From assembly GCA_038087875.1 (NCBI GenBank), contig CM075989.1, positions 12,772,001-12,836,000 of the forward strand: a stretch of DNA of 64,000 nucleotides. Reading direction: 5' to 3'. Numbering within the stretch: position 1 is the first letter of the stretch; each line of letters begins with the position of its first letter. Below the pieces are notes generated by a model. It was not told the DNA's origin and made no database searches. It saw nothing but the letters and a program-made list of their open reading frames with translations. Source of the DNA: Malacoraja senta. Its lineage: Eukaryota. Position numbers and translations under genes: made by a program. This document shows, in pieces, positions 37,734-49,287 of the stretch.

Positions 37734-38555
37734 GGGGGCGCCGTCCAGTTGGGAATGGCTGCCCAGCCTGCAGCTGTCTCTCTTTTCACTTCTTTTATTT
37801 TTAGTGTGTTAAAAAGTGTTTTGTTTGGAGGTCTATTCTTTTTTATGTGGGGGAGGGGAGGGATAGGGGAAACTGCTTTTCCTGGTCCCTACCTGGTCGG
37901 AGAGGCGGCTTTTCTCCGGGCAGCATCTTCGACCCGTCCTCGCGGCCTACCAACGGGTCTGGAGTGGCGTTACCTGAGGGGACCGGCCAGAACCACAGCT
38001 TCGGCGGCGGCACAGCGCTGGAGCGCTATCGCGGAGCGGAGCGGGCGATGCCTTGCCCGGGTCGCCGCGCTGAATGCTGAGACCGCAGGTGAACATCGCA
38101 GAGCTGCGGGTCTGTGGAGCGGCGCTGACTTTAACATCGGGAGCCTGGGATCTCTCGGTGAGATCGCCAGTGGTGGAGCTCCGTCCAGCGCGGCCTGTTG
38201 GCTTCGGAAGCCGCGGTCTCCAGTAAGGAAGCGGCCGTTCCAGGTGTCCCAAGCCGCTGAGAGGGTTCTCCCGACGCCGGAGCACCATCATCCGGCGAGA
38301 AGGGGCCTGAAACATTGGGCCGCCGTAGCGGCGACTGCGGAGGCCTCAATAGGCCCGACTATGGGTGGACATGGGGATGGGGACTGGACTCTGTGCCTTC
38401 CCTCACAGTGGGAACCATTGTGGGGGGGGTGTTTTTATGTTTATTGTTAAATTCTTTAATGTTGTGTCTTATGTTTATTGGTGTGCTGAAATGGCAAGTC
38501 AAATTTCACTACACCAATTGGCGAATGTGATAATAAATGTCCTTTGTATCCTTTG
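37734..38555 (+). mobile_element. ~820-bp CpG-rich non-autonomous retroelement-like insertion with LINE-type 3' tail
   Basis: Sharp compositional boundaries. GC/CpG-rich core at ~37880-38400. Ends atttcactacacc...gtgataataaatgtcctttgtatcctttg, a Rex1/L2-like tail with a short tandem repeat. Confidence 0.6.
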
Positions 38556-39176
38556 CATTAACTAAAAAGCCTTGGAAAATGTATATGTTGTCCCACTTGG
38601 AGTGGGGGGGTTCTGGTTTGTTTCATGACACAGCCATAGCTGAAGTTCTTTCAATCTTTTCCATGATGTTTTGACAACATTTTTTTCAAATTGTTACTTA
38701 ATTGTAATACTTAACAATCAGGCAACAATTGTTACCAGTGTTGCCTGATTGGTCTGAGTTTGATGCTGATTCTGTGCCTTATTACTGGTATATTAAAAAT
38801 CATAATGTGAGAATGTATATTGAGGTGGTTATGTCATAATGAACATTTCATAACCATTAATCACATCTAGTTTGGAAAGTGACAAAACTGCTCTGTAGCT
38901 CCTAGTACAAGCCAACAGGGATTGATAACTTGTTATCTTCCTCCTCATGTTTACGATTGTTGCCAACTGCCTCCATGTTCAGCAAACTCCCTGAGTAGTG
39001 GTCTAAATTTGTTAATGTCAAAGCAACAATAGTAAAATGTAAATTCTGGGTACGGTTGAGGTTGGTGCTTTTGAATATCTCCGTAACTTGCGATCTTCAT
39101 GTAGACAACCAGTTACGTTGCAGCAGATCCTCTCCTCAGTAGTTCCCTCTGTCACGTCTGGGTAGAAAGTCAGAGT

Positions 39177-39426
39177 TTATATGGACACTGGGCAGGCAAT
39201 GATCCTGTCCTCTAGCATTACACTGATAATTAAGAATGAGAAGTAGAGGCAAAACATGGTGAAGCCCAACGCTTTGTTCATCTTCCACTTGGAGACGCCA
39301 ATGGAAATGATCACAAACAGCAGCATCAGAAAGAGAAGTACGATGGCACAGAACAGGCCGTTACTGCTGACTGGAACTGGCTGGAAATTGTTAAAGATCG
39401 CATATAATAACCAGGGCACTGGAAGC
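39177..39426 (-). CDS. SLC24A1: SLC24A1 (NCKX1) last coding exon
   Basis: LPVPWLL...PVPVSSNGLFCAIVLLFLMLLFVI...MLEDRIIACPVSI*. Acceptor ttgcag|, phase 2. Confidence 0.95.
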
Positions 39427-40417
39427 CTGCAACAGAGAAAATCAAAGTAAGTTAAAAGGTGCATCTGGTGACTTCTACCCACCAGCATTGATTGGAAAGT
39501 GCCCAGTGGACCTGGTTGTAGACATGGAGTGAAGATAACTGGAGGCAAGAACAGGCTGTCATTTGGCTGAGTTTGACATAGACCCTGCTTCCCAAGACCG
39601 GTTACTCACTGATATAAGTGCACAGACAAAATAACATTTACCGGTCCTTGGAGTGTTGGAGAAAGGGGAGAATGACAGATGAGGCAAAATGGTTGGAATT
39701 TAGCATTCTCATCCTCTGTTCAATTGCCTCAGCACACTCAACTCTCATTTCTCTGAGAATACCCTATTCTGCATATCTATCCACTTGATCAACACCAATC
39801 TTTTTAACCTACCATTGGTGCCACATAATTGTGAGGATAGGTCAAATGCACGAGTAGCTATAAGCGATACAAAGGAAAATTCTAGATTTCTGGATTACTG
39901 GGACCATTTCTGGGGGAAGGTAAGGCCTACACCGTTGAATGGGTTATGGTTGAAAGCTAGGAATGGTAGCTCAATGTTCCAGGGTATAGAATCTTCAGGC
40001 ATGACAAAGGATGTAAAAGAGGTGGTTTTGCAAGATTGATTAAAGAATCTATTATTGTTGTGATGAGGGAGGATGTCCTAAAAGGCTCTTCAAATGAGGC
40101 TACATGGGTAGAGCTTATAAAAACAAAAGGATGTGATCACTATGATGGGGTATACAACAGGTCTAATAGTCACCAGGACAGAGAGGAACAGATAACGAGA
40201 CAAATCGTAAAAAGGTGTAACAGGAATAAGATTATAGTAGTGGGAAATTTTAATAACATAATGCAGCACCTGGCCAAAGTAGACTAGGAGCAGCTCCTTG
40301 CAGCTTAGTCTACTTCCAACGTGTAATAGCAAGATATCAAGGCTAATATGTTTCCATAAGGATGAAAGGTCAGAACATCATTTCCATCGAATCATGGATG
40401 TCAAGAGATATTGAAAG

Positions 40418-40514
40418 AGATCTGAAGAAGGGTCTTGACCTGAAACGTCACCCATTCCGTCTCTCCAGAGATGCTGCCTGTCCCGCTGAGTTATTCCAGC
40501 ATTTTGTGTCTACC
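40418..40514 (+). mobile_element. Short PLE-derived insertion with hammerhead core and 16-bp TSD
   Basis: CTGAAGAAGGGTCTTGACCTGAAACGTC at 40422-40449. TSD caagagatattgaaag (40402-40417) / caagagatatcaaaag (40515-40530). Confidence 0.8.
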
Positions 40515-40928
40515 CAAGAGATATCAAAAGTTGGATAAAGCTTCGGGAAAATACCTAAACATTTTTTTATCATCTTAAAGGCAAGAGGATAACCAGTGAA
40601 AATTTAAACCTGTTTGAAACTAATGGGGCAAGTTGTGCATGGAGTTGAGGATGCAGGTGAGTTCTAAAATGAAAACATCTCATCAGAAAACAGAACCATC
40701 AAATGTGAAGCTCTCCCTCGCTACACCACGAAAGGATCTGCCTAATTGTCTTAGAGCCCACAATCTGTCAGTAAGGCAAGTTATTCTGAAGTTAGAAGGA
40801 CATTTTGAAAGTTATGCTCTGGCGGTGTGGGTCTGAATTTTTACAGATGGTTTGCAGAAATCAAGAAATGTGAGACACCATTCTTCAGCTTAAATTCACC
40901 TTCGCCAAGGCTTGAGAGTGATTCTTAC

Positions 40929-41095
40929 CCAACTGTGATGTCAAAGATGTTGCTTCCCACTGAGCTGGACACTGCCATGTCCCCAAGACCTTTTCGAGCG
41001 ACTATAACACTAGTGATGAGGTCAGGGATTGAGGTGCCTGCGGCAAGGATAGTTAAACCCATTATCTCTTCGGAAATGCCAATTGTTTCACCAAC
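40929..41095 (-). CDS. SLC24A1: SLC24A1 exon with the alpha-2 repeat (167 nt, phase 0-2)
   Basis: [56 protein letters not shown]. Canonical splice sites. Confidence 0.97.
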
Positions 41096-42251
41096 CTGAG
41101 TGAGAAAAGAAATAGTTGTGATACCAATGCTCCAAAAGTCTGTTTTAAAATAACAGGATCCCAGAACTCATGAAATATTATTGATCTGAAAAGTTAACTG
41201 TTTCTACAGATGCTGCCTGAACTGCTGAATGTTTGCTCTTAGATCACTGATCAGGTCAACATTTTCACCTAGCTGGCTATAGAAAGAGGCTGCCTGCTGG
41301 ACCCTGGGTTTGAATTGGCTACTTGCAGGTGAACAGAGGTTGGACATTAAAACATGATCTTTCTGCCACTGGTGATGCTAGAAAATGGCCATTAACTGTT
41401 CCTTTGTTTGTCTTTGGAAGATATATCAACACATGGATATTTACCAACAGCAGGAAGTGGTTCATAAAGCATGCCTTCAACATTCAATATGTCTGGGACT
41501 CATCACAGAAATAGTCACTTGAACATGGTGCTAGCCTGCTGCAGATCTACATTGACCATGTCCAGCTTTTTTTACCCCACGGCCAGTCAGCACCTTCCTG
41601 GATTGTATCCCAAAGAGCATTGCACCATGCAAACTCTGACCCACAGACAGTCTGCGTTTTCATTAAAAGTGAAAACTTTATGAAGTACCTGGATGGTGCT
41701 GAAGTCTTTCTCATTTACTCAACTCAACCATTTAAGGCAAATTCTGTGGAAACCATCTCCCCTTCATCCAGGTGATGGAAAAAGTAATCAAATCATTTTT
41801 CCCATTCAGTTTTTTTTTAAACGTACACTTTCCCAGATGTTTGCCCGGGTAAGATTTATGATCTAATGAGAAGATTTAGTCACACACACATCTACAAAAT
41901 GTAGTGGTTTTGACGCTACCTCAAGCTAAATTGCAGCAGTGTTACATCTCACAATGAGATCAGTGGTTTCCAAATCTATTTGAATTTGTATAAACTGTTT
42001 TCTATGTATGAAGTTGTGTCAGTTTTATCATTTTAAATGCTCAGTAATCCACTAAGTGGAGGGTGACTGTCTTGAGCTGTTGTTTATTGGAATTCTTTCT
42101 GAAGAATAACATCTGCAATGCCAGATTTGTCTTTCTTAGTTTTATTTTAAGAGTTTCATGACTTAAAGCTGTGCATCCTGGGTTTAATATTCTTTCTGTA
42201 GTTGACACAGACATGGATTGAGCCCACGTGGGATCAGGAACACGTACCTAC

Positions 42252-42341
42252 CTGGTGAGCCAGGTACACCATCAAGTATGAAAATGCGCCAATCCACATA
42301 ATTGATCCAAGGAAAGTACCAACGAAGTATTTCTTTGAAGC
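42252..42341 (-). CDS. SLC24A1: SLC24A1 exon (90 nt, phase 0-0)
   Basis: ASKKYFVGTFLGSIMWIGAFSYLMVYLAHQ. Boundaries ttacag| and CAG|gtaggt. Confidence 0.93.
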
Positions 42342-42572
42342 CTGTAAAAAAAAGATAAAGACACCTCACCAGTATGTCTTTTACAATTTTTAGGAAATAT
42401 AACCTAAACCTTTGGGGCAGGCAAACAAAGCAAAGGAATTTGTATGCATAGAAGGCACAGAGTGATCATGTTGTTCATGTCCATAGATCCCTGGTTAAGA
42501 AATGATCAGACTTCGGGCGTGACACATGCTCATTGCTAATAACTAATCTTTTCACAATACTGCCTCACTTAC

Positions 42573-42827
42573 TGGGTTTCTGACGTCAGGCACCGTGAGC
42601 CAGAGTGGAAACACAATGGGGAGAAGACACAGGTATGTGACCTGTTTCCGTCGTGTTTCTGGCCATTCAAGACTTAAAGGTTCTTCATCATCAGATTCCT
42701 CCTCATCCTCCTCATCTTCGTCATCGGAATCTTCATCGCTGTCATCGCTCTCATCGTCATCGTTACCATCAGAACCTCCATCACCACCTCGACCTCCATC
42801 ATCTTCACCCTTGCTGTCTGATTCTTT
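42573..42827 (-). CDS. SLC24A1: SLC24A1 exon with acidic tract (255 nt, phase 0-0)
   Basis: KESDSKGEDDGG...DDEDEEDEEESDDEEPLSLEWPETRRKQVTYLCLLPIVFPLWLTVPDVRNP. Boundaries cattag| and |gtaagt. Confidence 0.93.
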
Positions 42828-43883
42828 CTAATGGGAAATGACTGAGCATCAGAATTACAGAAATTAATTCATGGCATTCACTGCACATTGAAACTGCTGT
42901 GAAATATGCCATGGATAAACATCAGAAATACAAAGTGCAGTGCAAAAATGTTCTGAAAGAGTATGGTCCTCCAAAGCCAGGAACTGAATTCACTGTTCAA
43001 AGCTATAATAATGTTCTTAATAAGGTCAAACCCATGTTATTCAGAAACAAGGTAAAACACCACATCCATATGGGATAGCTGAGTGACCCATACAATTCTA
43101 TGCATTATAGTGCATCTACTTCAACCAATCATCATTCTCTTGAAGTTTCAATAGCTTCACTGTTTATAGCTTCTCTGCACAGTTTGAAATGAAGACTGAT
43201 GAACCAAACTCTGGGTTGCTAACGGGTCGCAGAGAACAGTGGTTCAGTATCCCCATCCTGGGAAATTACCCCACAATCTTCCCTCCATTCTGAGAAATAA
43301 CATTTCACCATTGCTCTCTGCTTTCTGTCCCAATGACATTATGTAGTTCCACACAGCCAATGCTCCTTCAAACTCTCAAGATTCATTTGTGATATGTGGC
43401 ATTTTATCAAAACATTTCTGAAAGTGCTCAGAGACAAATCACCAACATCAACCCACGTGAGTTTGTCATTTCTTCAACACAATAAGTTGGAATCCATGCT
43501 AGACTAATGGAAGTCGAGGTGAATTGTCAATATATCCCTGATTTCTACTTAGCAGCAACCATAGAATGCTACTTGTCTCTCAATCAAATCATCCCAATGT
43601 TGTTTTCCGATTTTTCCTTGTAAGATCCTCATCCAGTTTTACATAATCCCCTTTCAAAATTGTAAAACTTCACCCAGAATATCAGTGTCAGCTCAAGCAA
43701 AGCCTACACGGAAAGAGTTTTGGTGTTAGACTGAAGCCCCAGAGCCTGTATCTCAGAGGATACAGTACCCAATTAACACTGAACCTGACCCAGTAGCACC
43801 ACCCTCACCCTCCTGCCTGCTAACCATTGAACCCAACAGAGAAAAGGAACAAGCATCTTAGTGGAACCTTTGGGATCACGTAC

Positions 43884-44035
43884 TGGGTCCTGGTTAGTAT
43901 TGGCATCATCCTTAGTTTCGGGTGGTGATGTGGCTGGCGGGTCAGTTGGGACATTCACCGTGTTTGGGAGTTCTGTCCTCTCCTCTGTCTCTCCATCTGA
44001 AACAGAAAGTGTGGGAACTTCAAGCCTGCAGCCCT
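43884..44035 (-). CDS. SLC24A1: SLC24A1 cytoplasmic-loop exon (phase 1-0; alternative in-frame acceptor at 43996)
   Basis: Open frame ...DGETEERTELPNTVNVPTDPPATSPPETKDDANTNQDP|gtacgt. The phase bridges the flanking exons. Two possible acceptors 39 nt apart. Confidence 0.65.
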
Positions 44036-45559
44036 CTGCATGTTATGAAATTGAACCTTATTTCAGGTGGAAAGTTCTATTCTGGTTCAATATGCAACAT
44101 TTAAATTCAATAAATAAATACTAAAAATGAAAAGACTGTCCATTCCCTCCACAGATGCTGCCCGACCTCCAGCTGCTCTCCTTTTTTTGCTACATGTTCC
44201 AGCATCTGCAGTTTGTTGTGCCCCCTAAAATTGAAAAGTTTATTTCAGTAAAAGTTTCCATGAAACTGATTCACCAACTTAAGGAGGTGCCCTAATATCC
44301 TTTCCTGCACTGGGCCAAATCAGACTCCAGTCTCCGGCACATTTGATGGATTGTTTAGTGCACTCTGAAGAGTCCCAGTATGACTTTCCTTTACATCATT
44401 TGCCAACTCATCTGAACAACCAATGGGCAGCAAATACCAACCTTCCCAACAGCAATTTTACTTCAGAATGAATTTTTTCTTTAATCTCAGAAAAGTTCAT
44501 TTAAATTTAACCATAATGGCAGTCTTAATTAATAGAAATTATCATTCAGAAATTATCTTTGTTGAGGTTAGTAGCCAAAAGAATCACGTGTATTATCTTT
44601 CTCTGTTGATTATTGTGTTGGACCTGACCTCCTGGTTTGTAATTCTGCTTTAACATGGTTACCAGAGGATTCCTAAGTGGGACATTTTCATCTTCAAATA
44701 TCACCAACCGTACTAAGGTTCCTGTACTAAAGTTCAGCAATGTGACCTTTACTGTTCAGTTGGTGTCGAAGCAAGTTTACGGACTTGACCCCAGCCTGGT
44801 AACGGTGTTGCTAGACAGTTGACTAGCGAAAGGAAAGGATGCGCCCCTCTCAAAATTACGCAGCTTTAAACCGGTGACAGGGTTTCCTATTTTCGTTCAC
44901 TGTTTAACAACACTCTTGCTTTGTATTTTTTGGGGGAGCCTCAAATGTCATGGTCAGACATCTCCCCGTAGTGCCATCTAAATGCACAGAAAGGGGGAAA
45001 CCCAGACCAATATCTCTACTTACAGAACAGAAGTTCTCAAGAATTCAAAAAATCTTCTCTGGAACCTCAAAATGATCAATGTGAGTCTGCTGAATATTCT
45101 TTTGCTCTTGAGATTCAATCTACCAGCATTATATATTGCTAAAAAATTGCATTGTGCAGTAGGTCAATGCATCGCCTCTGAGACTTGCAATGTGGCAACT
45201 TCAAGAGCTTCCATGAAACGAGTTGGGAAACATCCTCACCTCATGCTGAATGAACCCCAGAGTTACTGAAGAAGTGATTCACTTCAACAGGATCAGAAGT
45301 AGGTGGTGACTGAACTGAATGGCACTCCCAACTCATTACCTTATACGGATATAACATAGTCAGCTGCTACTGAATTTAGGAATGTGTAAGTATGAATATT
45401 TCCTTACCGTTAGATTATTAGATCTTTAGATAATTCTGATAAAGAAATTATGGTAGTTTATATTGGGTTTAGAGAAATTAAAACAGGAGAAGTCCAACAG
45501 GTGGATGTGTAGTGGGTTACTTAATGTTTCTGCCAAATAGCATTGACAGGAAAGATTAA

Positions 45560-46830
45560 GGAACATCCAAAACATTTTGTACATATATTGAGGACAAGAA
45601 GGTAACAAGGAAAAGAGTGGGGCCCATTATTAGGGACTAAAGTGGAAATCTGAACATGGAATAGGAGGGCCTAGGTGAAAGTCTTAAATCTTATCTGCAA
45701 GAAGAAAAACCTTCTTGTTGAAGAATTTAGGGAGAGGGATGGTAGAATTGTAGAACGTGATATAAAAAAAGAGTTATTCAAGGGCCTAAAGGTGGATCGA
45801 TCTCCAGAGCCTGATTATAAATAGCCCAGACTGTTGTGGGAGACATTGGAAGAGATTGTTGGAGCCCTGATAGAGGTAATCAAATCTACACTGGCCATAA
45901 ATGGGGTGGCAGATGATTAGAAGACAGCAAATGTGGTATCTATATTCATGAAAAACAGCAGGGGCTGGCCTTGTAATTACAGGCCAGTGAGCTACGGAAT
46001 GAAGGCTACGCGAATTGCACCACCCTCATCAACATACTTAGTCAACTTCTCCAAAATAAAACAAACTAGTCGGACAGAATCTTTCATCATAGCTAACCTG
46101 GCTATCTCTGATTAATCCCTAGCTCTTCTGGTGCAGATTACTCTGCCCGTCAGAATTGTTACCAGTAATTTCTTGACCACTGGTTTGTAATTATCCCTCC
46201 TGCCTTCTTGAGCACAGGAACCACATTTGGTGTCCGCCAGTCCTCTCTCTGGTGCCACACCAGTGGCCAGGGAAGATTTCAACAAAGCCCCAGCAATCCC
46301 CTCCCTCGCCTCCCACAACACCCTGGGACAGATCTCATCGGGTTATGGGATTTATCCACTTTCAGACATCTAAGATTTATTTTTAATGATAACATGTTGT
46401 AGAATTCAACAAATGCTCTCCCTGAATTCTCCAACAACATTATCCTGAGTAAATGTTGATGAGAAGTATTAATTTGTGACCTTACAACAGTTAAAAGACA
46501 CTTGGACTGGTGGTATATGAATGGGAAGATTTGGAGGGATGTGGGACAGGCACAGGCAAGTGGAACTAGCTTGGGTAGACGACATGGTCTGCATAAATGA
46601 GTTGAACTGAAAGGCCTGTTTCCTTGCTATCTATCCATGTTATGTCCTTCAGTTCCATGCACAGATTGCCCCCTGGTCCCTGACAGGTCATTTTTTCCCC
46701 TTGAATCCTCTTGTTCCGAACATACTCACAAAATGCCTTAGGATTTACCTTAATTTTGCACACGCACCAAAGCGTGCCCCTCTCTCCCCTCCTAATTGCC
46801 TTGACGAATACCGCCAGGCATCTTCCATAT
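45560..46830. mobile_element. Cluster of CR1 ORF2 fragments in both orientations
   Basis: Plus-strand fragment ~45560-45990 (NYRPVS) and minus-strand fragments ~46110-46470 and ~46620-46830 (IKVNPKAFCEYVRNKR). Confidence 0.65.
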
Positions 46831-47214
46831 GCCTTTGTGTGTGCATACACTCCAGACTTGTTAATTGGTGTTAAATAGTAATCTCCCAGAGACTGTTAGT
46901 TTGCAGAATACCAATTTCACTGGTGGGACTGAGGCTGTGGCATTTGTTGGACAAAGCAGAGGAAGCTTTCCTCAGTGCTTAGCCTGTGCTGTACCTGACC
47001 AGCAACCCCCTGAAGCACACAGTCCACTGAGAAAAGTTCCCTATGGGCTCCAAACTGCCAAGTGGTCGTGATGGCATTCCCATTTCTATCATTGCCTTTG
47101 GTTGCACTCCCTTGGTCTATGTCACGATCATTGCAGTTTTGTGTCCTGAGCATTCAGTAACCAGTAAGTAACTGGATTGTGATTGGAACTCATTTAAAAA
47201 AAAAATCAAACAGC

Positions 47215-47420
47215 AGAAACAAGGGACTACAGATGCTGGTTAATATACAAAAAGACACAAAGAGCTGGAGTAGCTCAGCAGATTAGGCAGCATCTCTGGA
47301 GAACATGGTTTGGTGATGTTTCAGGTCAAGGCCCTTCTTCAGACTGATTGTAGGGGGGGGGGAGTAGAAGAAAGCTGGAAGAGGGGAGAGGCAGGACAAA
47401 ACGTAGCAGATAATAGCTGG
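47215..47420 (-). mobile_element. PLE terminal repeat with hammerhead core
   Basis: Minus strand 47315-47342 reads CTGAAGAAGGGCCTTGACCTGAAACATC. Confidence 0.7.
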
Positions 47421-47684
47421 ACAAACTCATGGCTGATCTGAACTCAAACTTCAACATGTCGAACCAGCTCAAGAGAAATGAGAAAAGATGTCCTAGTTTC
47501 ACCCTCAATGGTCTGGCATGAATTCTAATTATCTATCTCCTTGGTCAGGACTCCCCACAGCGACCTGCACACAATGTCTGCCTGTATCTGTTGGATGATC
47601 TTTTAACCTTGCACCCACACTGCACTTTTGCACGTATAAATACCTAGTCAAAGTGCCTGGGCAACAGACCAAAAAATAAGAAAG

Positions 47685-48190
47685 ACACGCGAGGCTGCAG
47701 ATGCTGGAATACTGAGCTAAACAACAAAGTGCTGGAGGAACAGAGGGTCAGGCAGCATCTGTGGAGGGATTGGACAGATGATGTTTTGGGTCAGGACCAT
47801 TCTCTAAACTGGTAGAAAGAAGGAAGGGGAGGGATGGAGCAAGAGCTAGCAAGTGATAGGTGGACCCAGAAAGGAGTGGTTGAAATGGTAGAGTTAGATT
47901 TTTTTTTAAAGGAAGGTGGAGAGTAAAATATAGAACCAGAGGGAGGGATGGTGGGTAAAGACATGTGGGGGCCTGAAACTGGATTATTCAATGTTCATGA
48001 CATGGGGGTTGTGGGCTGGTGTTCTTGCAGTTTGGATGTGGCCTCACTCTGGCAATGGAGGAGGCCAAACCCAGACAGATTGATATGGGAGTGGGAAGCC
48101 AAATTCAAGTGGATAGTGACTGGGTTCTCCATCTGGCCCTACCAGACAGAACACAAGTGTTGGGCAAAACAGTCGGCAAGTTTAGACCAG
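47685..48190 (-). mobile_element. Penelope-like 3' fragment
   Basis: Terminal repeat at 47685-47805, plus a minus-strand GIY-YIG C-terminal remnant at ~47960-48185. Confidence 0.65.
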
Positions 48191-48488
48191 GACACAACAT
48201 CACTAGATAGCTGAACTCAGCTTTTCCCGAGCCAGATTAGTGGACCAAATGGAAGCAGACTGGTGGTTGTACTATGGTCAGGTGGCAGAGTGGGGAAGAT
48301 AATGACCCTAGTGGTCAATAATAAACTGCCGCCTTTCCTGGGATATCTGCGATGCAACCCTTCCATTTGTTCCCCAACTGAAACTCAATTTTGGCCAAGC
48401 AAGAAGACAGTGCTTGGACCCACCAATGGTGACACCATTCCTTCCTGTACTGCCCTGTTATCCACTCACTGGCATTTCTAGGTCTCAC

Positions 48489-48575
48489 CTTTCATTTTTG
48501 TTTGTCGTTCTTCTTTTGGGCTTCCATTTCTCTTGGCCATACTGTTCATTACTTCAGCCTTCTGCATAAACTTCA
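48489..48575 (-). CDS. SLC24A1: SLC24A1 loop exon (87 nt, phase 1-1)
   Basis: (V)KFMQKAEVMNSMAKRNGSPKEERQTKMK, resembling the KF/RF..K..IL..IAK loop exon of NCKX1/2. Boundaries ttgcag| and G|gtgaga. Confidence 0.85.
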
Positions 48576-48814
48576 CTGCAAACAAAAGAGATGGAGAAGT
48601 TTCTGAAATCACCATGAGTGATTCGGCTAACACTTAACACAAGTTCCACCCTGAACTGTGGAAGCTGGAGCCTTCAAGTTTCCGATTTTTCAATCATTTG
48701 CTAAATCACTAGAAGAAGTGCAAATAAATCACTGCTTGCCTTGGGAGACAGTTTGGGCCCCTGGATGAAAGGAGAGGAAGATGTGATACAGTGGTTTTTA
48801 AGGGAAATGTGGGA

Positions 48815-49250
48815 ATATAAGCTGGGTGTTCAGCTGGTGAACAGCTTTGTGCAGAAATGGGGTGTATGTGGGGGCATGTGATGAAACGCTGAGGCTGGGG
48901 GAAGGGAGCTTTGATGGGAGTGGGGTGATGTTTGGTTGAAGGGGAAGAGTGAAGTCTGGTTGATGGGGAGGATGATAGGTGGGTTGCTGTGATGAGGCTT
49001 TGATGGGGGAACAATGAAATATGGTTGATGGGGAGAGGGTGATGCGGTTCTGCTGGAGGAGGGGTGATGACTGGTTGATGGGGAAGGGTGAAGTATGGTT
49101 ATTGGTAGAGGGGTGATAGATGCTGATAGAGCTTTAATGGGTGGGTGTTTGAGGGACGACGGGCTTGGATGGTGAGAGGTAATGGGGGAGACATAATGAG
49201 TGGTTGATGGTAGAGGGATGATGGGTGGTTGATACAGGAGGGGTAGTGTT
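48815..49250. repeat. Degenerate G/A/T-rich minisatellite (tggttgatggggagagggtga-like units)
   Basis: Recurrent tggttgatgggga units. On the SLC24A1 sense strand this is a dense YCAY array. Confidence 0.8.
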
Positions 49251-49287
49251 CATTATTGCTCTGCTCTTCTGAGGTTTCCGCACGTAC

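Noticed and set aside
37713-38450. 245-aa plus-strand ORF and overlapping ORFs as a novel gene
   Set aside because: It lies within a GC-rich repeat insertion, has a non-ATG start and no recognisable domain. Long ORFs in several frames are expected from the GC content.
42595-42831. Ser-rich plus-strand ORF
   Set aside because: Reverse complement of the Asp/Glu tract of NCKX1.
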